Below are positions 45,401 through 48,601 of a DNA stretch of 48,601 bases, piece by piece. Below the pieces are notes generated by a model that saw nothing but the letters and a program-made list of their open reading frames with translations, was not told the origin of the DNA and made no database searches. This DNA comes from Methanobacteriota archaeon (GTDB lineage Archaea; Thermoplasmatota; Poseidoniia; Poseidoniales; Thalassarchaeaceae), in assembly GCA_002730775.1 (NCBI GenBank), contig PCAW01000037.1, forward strand, positions 1-48,601, read 5' to 3'. The stretch's first letter is position 1. Each line of letters opens with the position of its first letter. Made by a program: the position numbers and the translations under genes.

Positions 45401-46218
45401 TGATGATACCTAGAGTGGCAGTGCTTTCTGGTTTTGGAATTAATTGTGAGACGGAAACAATGGCGGTTTTCGAAATGGCAGGGGCCAAAGCAGACAGAGT
45501 CCATGTGAATAGACTGGTCAATGGTGAATTAAATCTAGAAGATTACCACATTATGGCTGTACCGGGGGGCTTTTCCTTCGGCGACCATTTGGGAAGTGGC
45601 AGATTGATGGGCAATAGGCTACGTTTCGGACTGCGTGAACAAGTGAGAAATTTTGTCAAATCCGGTAAACCAGTAATTGGGATATGCAATGGCTTTCAAG
45701 TACTTGTGAAAATGGGATTATTACCAGGTGACGATGATGTCAGTTTAACTCAAACAGCATCCTTAGCGTTGAATGATTCGGGCCATTATGAGAATCGTTG
45801 GGCTACGTTAGAGTTCGATTCCCAAAGCCACTGCATTTGGACTAAAGGAATGACAAGAATCCGAGTTCCTGTACGCCATGGTGAAGGAAAATTCGTAACA
45901 GCAGACAAAAGTCTGCTTGATGACTGGCGTGATGCAGGACAACTAGTTGTAAAATATGTAGATCCTACAAGTGAATACCCTTCTTCAAGTGATGAAATAT
46001 TACCATATCCAATTTCTCCCAATCAGAGTTGGAGAAATATTGCAGGTGTATGTGATCCATCGGGATTAGTATTCGGTTTAATGCCTCACCCCGAAGCAAA
46101 TCATTCAACATGGTTAGGCGCAACTTGGACTAGAGAAGATATAGAACATGGTGAAGGAGAAGGTATGATAATATTCAGAAATGCCGTAAATTATGTTACA
46201 GAAAATTTCGATAATTAA
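45400..46218 (+). CDS. purQ: phosphoribosylformylglycinamidine synthase, glutamine amidotransferase subunit
   Basis: VLSGFGINCETE, nucleophile GICNGFQ, MPHPE. The ATG overlaps the purL stop (TAATG). GGAGGT SD upstream. Confidence 0.9.
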   Translation: MMIPRVAVLSGFGINCETETMAVFEMAGAKADRVHVNRLVNGELNLEDYHIMAVPGGFSFGDHLGSGRLMGNRLRFGLREQVRNFVKSGKPVIGICNGFQVLVKMGLLPGDDDVSLTQTASLALNDSGHYENRWATLEFDSQSHCIWTKGMTRIRVPVRHGEGKFVTADKSLLDDWRDAGQLVVKYVDPTSEYPSSSDEILPYPISPNQSWRNIAGVCDPSGLVFGLMPHPEANHSTWLGATWTREDIEHGEGEGMIIFRNAVNYVTENFDN

Positions 46219-46258
46219 AATGAAAATCTTCATCCAATAGATATCTATCGGCATTATT

Positions 46259-46873
46259 ATGACAACTCGTGATGCCACTGAATTATTCTCTGAATGGGCT
46301 CTAAGAAATAGAGACGAAGGGATGGAAAGTGGGCATGCAAATTCAGTCAATGAAATGTTAAATATCGCAATTTCAATGCTTGAAAAGCCATTTTCAGCGA
46401 TAGATGTTGGTTGTGGAAACGGTTGGACATGCCGCAAATTACAATCAAATGATAATTGTAGCAAGGTAGTCGGTATTGACGGTTCTATTGAAATGATCAA
46501 CAAGGCAAAACAAAAGAGTACGAGCGATTTCCATTTAGCAAAACTTCCAGGATGGAAACCTTCACAGAAGTTCGATTTAATTCATTCAATGGAATTTCTG
46601 TATTACTTGAAAGACCCATTGGAAATGTTGAAAGTTTTCTTCAACGAATGGCTGAATGACAAAGGGGTGTTAATTGCAGGAGTAGATCATTATTTAGAAA
46701 ATGCTGCTAGTCTTGATTGGCCAAAATCTCTTAATGTACATATGACAACATTGAGTGAAGAACAATGGAGACAAGGCATGGTTGATGCCGGATTCACTGA
46801 AGTTGAAACACGACGAGTAGGACTCAAGTCAGGATTTGTCGGCACTTTAGCGATATCTGGTCGAAAGCCGTGA
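46259..46873 (+). CDS. class I SAM-dependent methyltransferase
   Basis: Motif I AIDVGCGNGW, motif II-like FDLIHSMEFLYY. Substrate not inferable. Confidence 0.7.
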   Translation: MTTRDATELFSEWALRNRDEGMESGHANSVNEMLNIAISMLEKPFSAIDVGCGNGWTCRKLQSNDNCSKVVGIDGSIEMINKAKQKSTSDFHLAKLPGWKPSQKFDLIHSMEFLYYLKDPLEMLKVFFNEWLNDKGVLIAGVDHYLENAASLDWPKSLNVHMTTLSEEQWRQGMVDAGFTEVETRRVGLKSGFVGTLAISGRKP

Positions 46874-46883
46874 AATACTCAAT

Positions 46884-47288
46884 CTATTCTTTCTCTTGGT
46901 GCAAGTATCCTGAGACGGTCAGTCCACCCAAAAACAAGAACGGAGGGACTAGGAAGGCAACGCCTGGCATTTCGTACCCCGTATCGCCAAGTAAGACAAA
47001 CATAACTAGGAAAAAACCCATCATAATACCTCCATTTGCCATAGCAAATTTAGCTTGGGAAGAACCACTCAAGACAAACGCGCATGCTAAGCCCATTACT
47101 CCAAAGCCGGCCATGAACAACCCGAAGAGCTTCTCCATAGCAATACTCTGGTCGTTTACTCCATCGGCCCCCCAGGCACTGTCCGCCCAACTTTCGGCAT
47201 TTATATTGTTCTCGATACCACCAATTAGAGCCATTGCTCCGCAAATGATATACCATATTTTTGGTTGAAATATTGTTTTTGCATCCAT
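46884..47288 (-). CDS. hypothetical 4-TM membrane protein
   Basis: Helices IWYIICGAMALIGGI, LFGLFMAGFGVMGLACAFVL, GGIMMGFFLVMFVLL, VAFLVPPFLFLGGLTVSGY. Preferred over the low-complexity antisense ORF 46870-47268. The track TTG start is at 47315. Confidence 0.55.
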   Translation of the reverse strand: MDAKTIFQPKIWYIICGAMALIGGIENNINAESWADSAWGADGVNDQSIAMEKLFGLFMAGFGVMGLACAFVLSGSSQAKFAMANGGIMMGFFLVMFVLLGDTGYEMPGVAFLVPPFLFLGGLTVSGYLHQEKE

Positions 47289-47416
47289 AATTAAATCTCC
47301 TTTCACGAGTGTCAATACACTCTCAATCCTTCCTTAAACTTCAAGCATATAGAGATTCTCTATAGAAACGATACCAAATTAAGAAAGTTGAATGCTCTGA
47401 ACGATTTCCCAAGGCT

Positions 47417-48313
47417 ATGACTGACCCAAACATCACGGTTGAAGAGGAAGCAACAGTCATAGAGATATTGTCATTATTACACCCGGATGCAAAAAAGAAT
47501 TCTCTTCGACGAATGGTCGATCATGGTAGAGTAATAGCCGACGGAATTAAAGTAAGTAGGGCTAATACCAAAATTTCTCCTGGCACTACAATCACGGTCC
47601 TTTCTAAATCAGATGGTAATGAAACAGTTGGCAAGTATAAAACTATAATTCCTGAACCTGAAGTACTATATTCGGACAAATCAATAATTGTTGCCAATAA
47701 ACCAGCAGGTCTTCTTTCAGTAGCGACCGATCGAGGAGAGGCAGATACTATGTTTTCTCGAGTTTTTGCTTGGGCCTGGGAAAATGGAAACACTAGAGCC
47801 CATCTTGTCCATAGACTAGATAGAGAAACATCAGGATGCTTGATTTTTGCGCGCTCAACAGAAATACGCGATATGCTACAAGAACAGTTCAAAGACAGAT
47901 CTATTGAACGAATATATCATGCGGTTGTCCATCGTAAACCACCTACTAATTCGGGCGTTGAAACAGGCCGTATTCAAGAAATGAAAGACAAGAGGATGAG
48001 GCTTGTTCCCGAAGGACGTCGCGCTGGTAAATCAGCAATTACTAACTGGTGGTTAGAAGACACAGGACCTGAGCATAGCTTAATTCGAATCAAGATAGAT
48101 ACTGGCCGCCGTGCACAGATTCGTCTTCATATGGCAAACCTGGGCTGTCCGGTAATAGGAGATACGAGGCATGGATTCGGTAAAGCTAGTATTAACAGAC
48201 TCTGTTTACACGCAACCTCTCTCGGCTTTATGCATCCTAATGGTAAATCAATGAAAGTCGAAAGCCCAATACCCAGACAATTGATTTCCGAATTGAAAAG
48301 ACGTTTAGGGTAA
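47417..48313 (+). CDS. RluA-family pseudouridine synthase with N-terminal S4-like domain
   Basis: Catalytic HRLDRETSGCLIFA, RAQIRLHM, IGDTRHG. S4-like SLRRMVDHGRVIADGIKV. Confidence 0.85.
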   Translation: MTDPNITVEEEATVIEILSLLHPDAKKNSLRRMVDHGRVIADGIKVSRANTKISPGTTITVLSKSDGNETVGKYKTIIPEPEVLYSDKSIIVANKPAGLLSVATDRGEADTMFSRVFAWAWENGNTRAHLVHRLDRETSGCLIFARSTEIRDMLQEQFKDRSIERIYHAVVHRKPPTNSGVETGRIQEMKDKRMRLVPEGRRAGKSAITNWWLEDTGPEHSLIRIKIDTGRRAQIRLHMANLGCPVIGDTRHGFGKASINRLCLHATSLGFMHPNGKSMKVESPIPRQLISELKRRLG

Positions 48314-48601
48314 TCATTCTTCTTCTATAGACATGTTGATTATTTTCCTGGGCATGTATAATTTAACCAAAATAGCATTCAACATAGCAATTATTCCCAT
48401 TACTGTTGCTGAAGCGATCATTCCTTCCATAAATGCGAGTTGTGCATTTTCAATCAAAGCAGCGCCTAACATATTCCCATTCTCTAACATCTCCGCCCCT
48501 ATTTGCATCGCGGCTGGAAACGACTCTAGTGGAACAGTACCCAAATCTAATCCATCAGGTATGGTCATATTTCTTTGATAGTATTCGTTCAAAACGCTAC
48601 C
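48314..48601 (-). CDS. 3' end of a membrane-protein gene running off the window (possibly MFS-type transporter)
   Basis: The frame stays open to the window edge (the track start at 48592 is only a TTG). The last TM helix is GMIASATVMGIIAMLNAILV. The family call is weak. Confidence 0.35.
   Translation of the reverse strand, partial: GSVLNEYYQRNMTIPDGLDLGTVPLESFPAAMQIGAEMLENGNMLGAALIENAQLAFMEGMIASATVMGIIAMLNAILVKLYMPRKIINMSIEEE

Noticed and set aside
46237-46248. 12-bp perfect palindrome ATAGATATCTAT upstream of the methyltransferase gene.
   Set aside because: It is short and AT-rich in an AT-rich genome. It lies 11-22 nt from the ATG, where a TATA-like element would be expected by chance composition. 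It is not distinctive enough to report as a finding.
46870-47268. Plus-strand 132-aa ORF overlapping the minus-strand membrane-protein ORF.
   Set aside because: The product is low-complexity and Pro/Lys/Ser-rich with no structure. The opposite frame encodes four clean TM helices. I judged the plus ORF an antisense shadow.
1-48601. CRISPR arrays, transposases or IS ends, toxin-antitoxin pairs, restriction-modification or other defence systems, inteins, and frameshifted pseudogenes.
   Set aside because: I scanned both strands and the ORF track and found no repeat-spacer periodicity, no nuclease, integrase or transposase motifs, and no split ORFs of recognisable genes. Absence is based on reading by eye only.

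Overview
Gene-dense, AT-rich window, roughly 90% coding by eye: about 50 CDS and one tRNA-Asp. I saw no rRNA, CRISPR array, transposase, integrase or recognisable defence gene. Archaeal markers are clear: ribosomal protein LX/eL20, prefoldin alpha, FtsY, diphthine synthase, Trm5, a beta-CASP aCPSF2-type RNase, GGGP synthase and geranylgeranyl reductase. They are interleaved with bacterial-type genes (UvrA, CysD/CysNC/CysQ, RluA, an MMPL/RND exporter) and a secreted S8 protease plus BNR-propeller pair. This mix fits a planktonic euryarchaeon of the Marine Group II/Poseidoniales kind, but that placement is inference only. Genome packing is extreme: there are TAATG stop/start overlaps, palindromic stop/stop overlaps, and a possible head-to-head overlap of trm5 and dph5. 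First genes of units tend to have a TATA-like box about 25-30 nt upstream of the ATG, suggesting leaderless transcripts, while internal genes carry GGAGG-like SD sequences. The most interesting candidates are listed here. (1) A PurS-like~PurL fusion with a separate, translationally coupled PurQ, i.e. a split large-type FGAM synthase. (2) A Pro/Lys tandem-repeat protein ending in a Cys4 zinc ribbon. (3) A membrane-anchored pseudo-receiver domain right after ftsY. (4) A ferredoxin, polytopic membrane protein, M20 hydrolase, degenerate Rossmann protein and GGGP synthase string. (5) A cysQ-cysD-cysNC PAPS module inserted into the conserved LX-pfdA-ftsY neighbourhood with no cysH nearby. (6) A 566-aa Trp-rich orphan downstream of dph5. 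(7) Several perfect palindromes and repeated motifs in the few non-coding spacers, especially the 256-bp spacer at 29584-29839. All functional calls come from motif recognition by eye. No database search was run.
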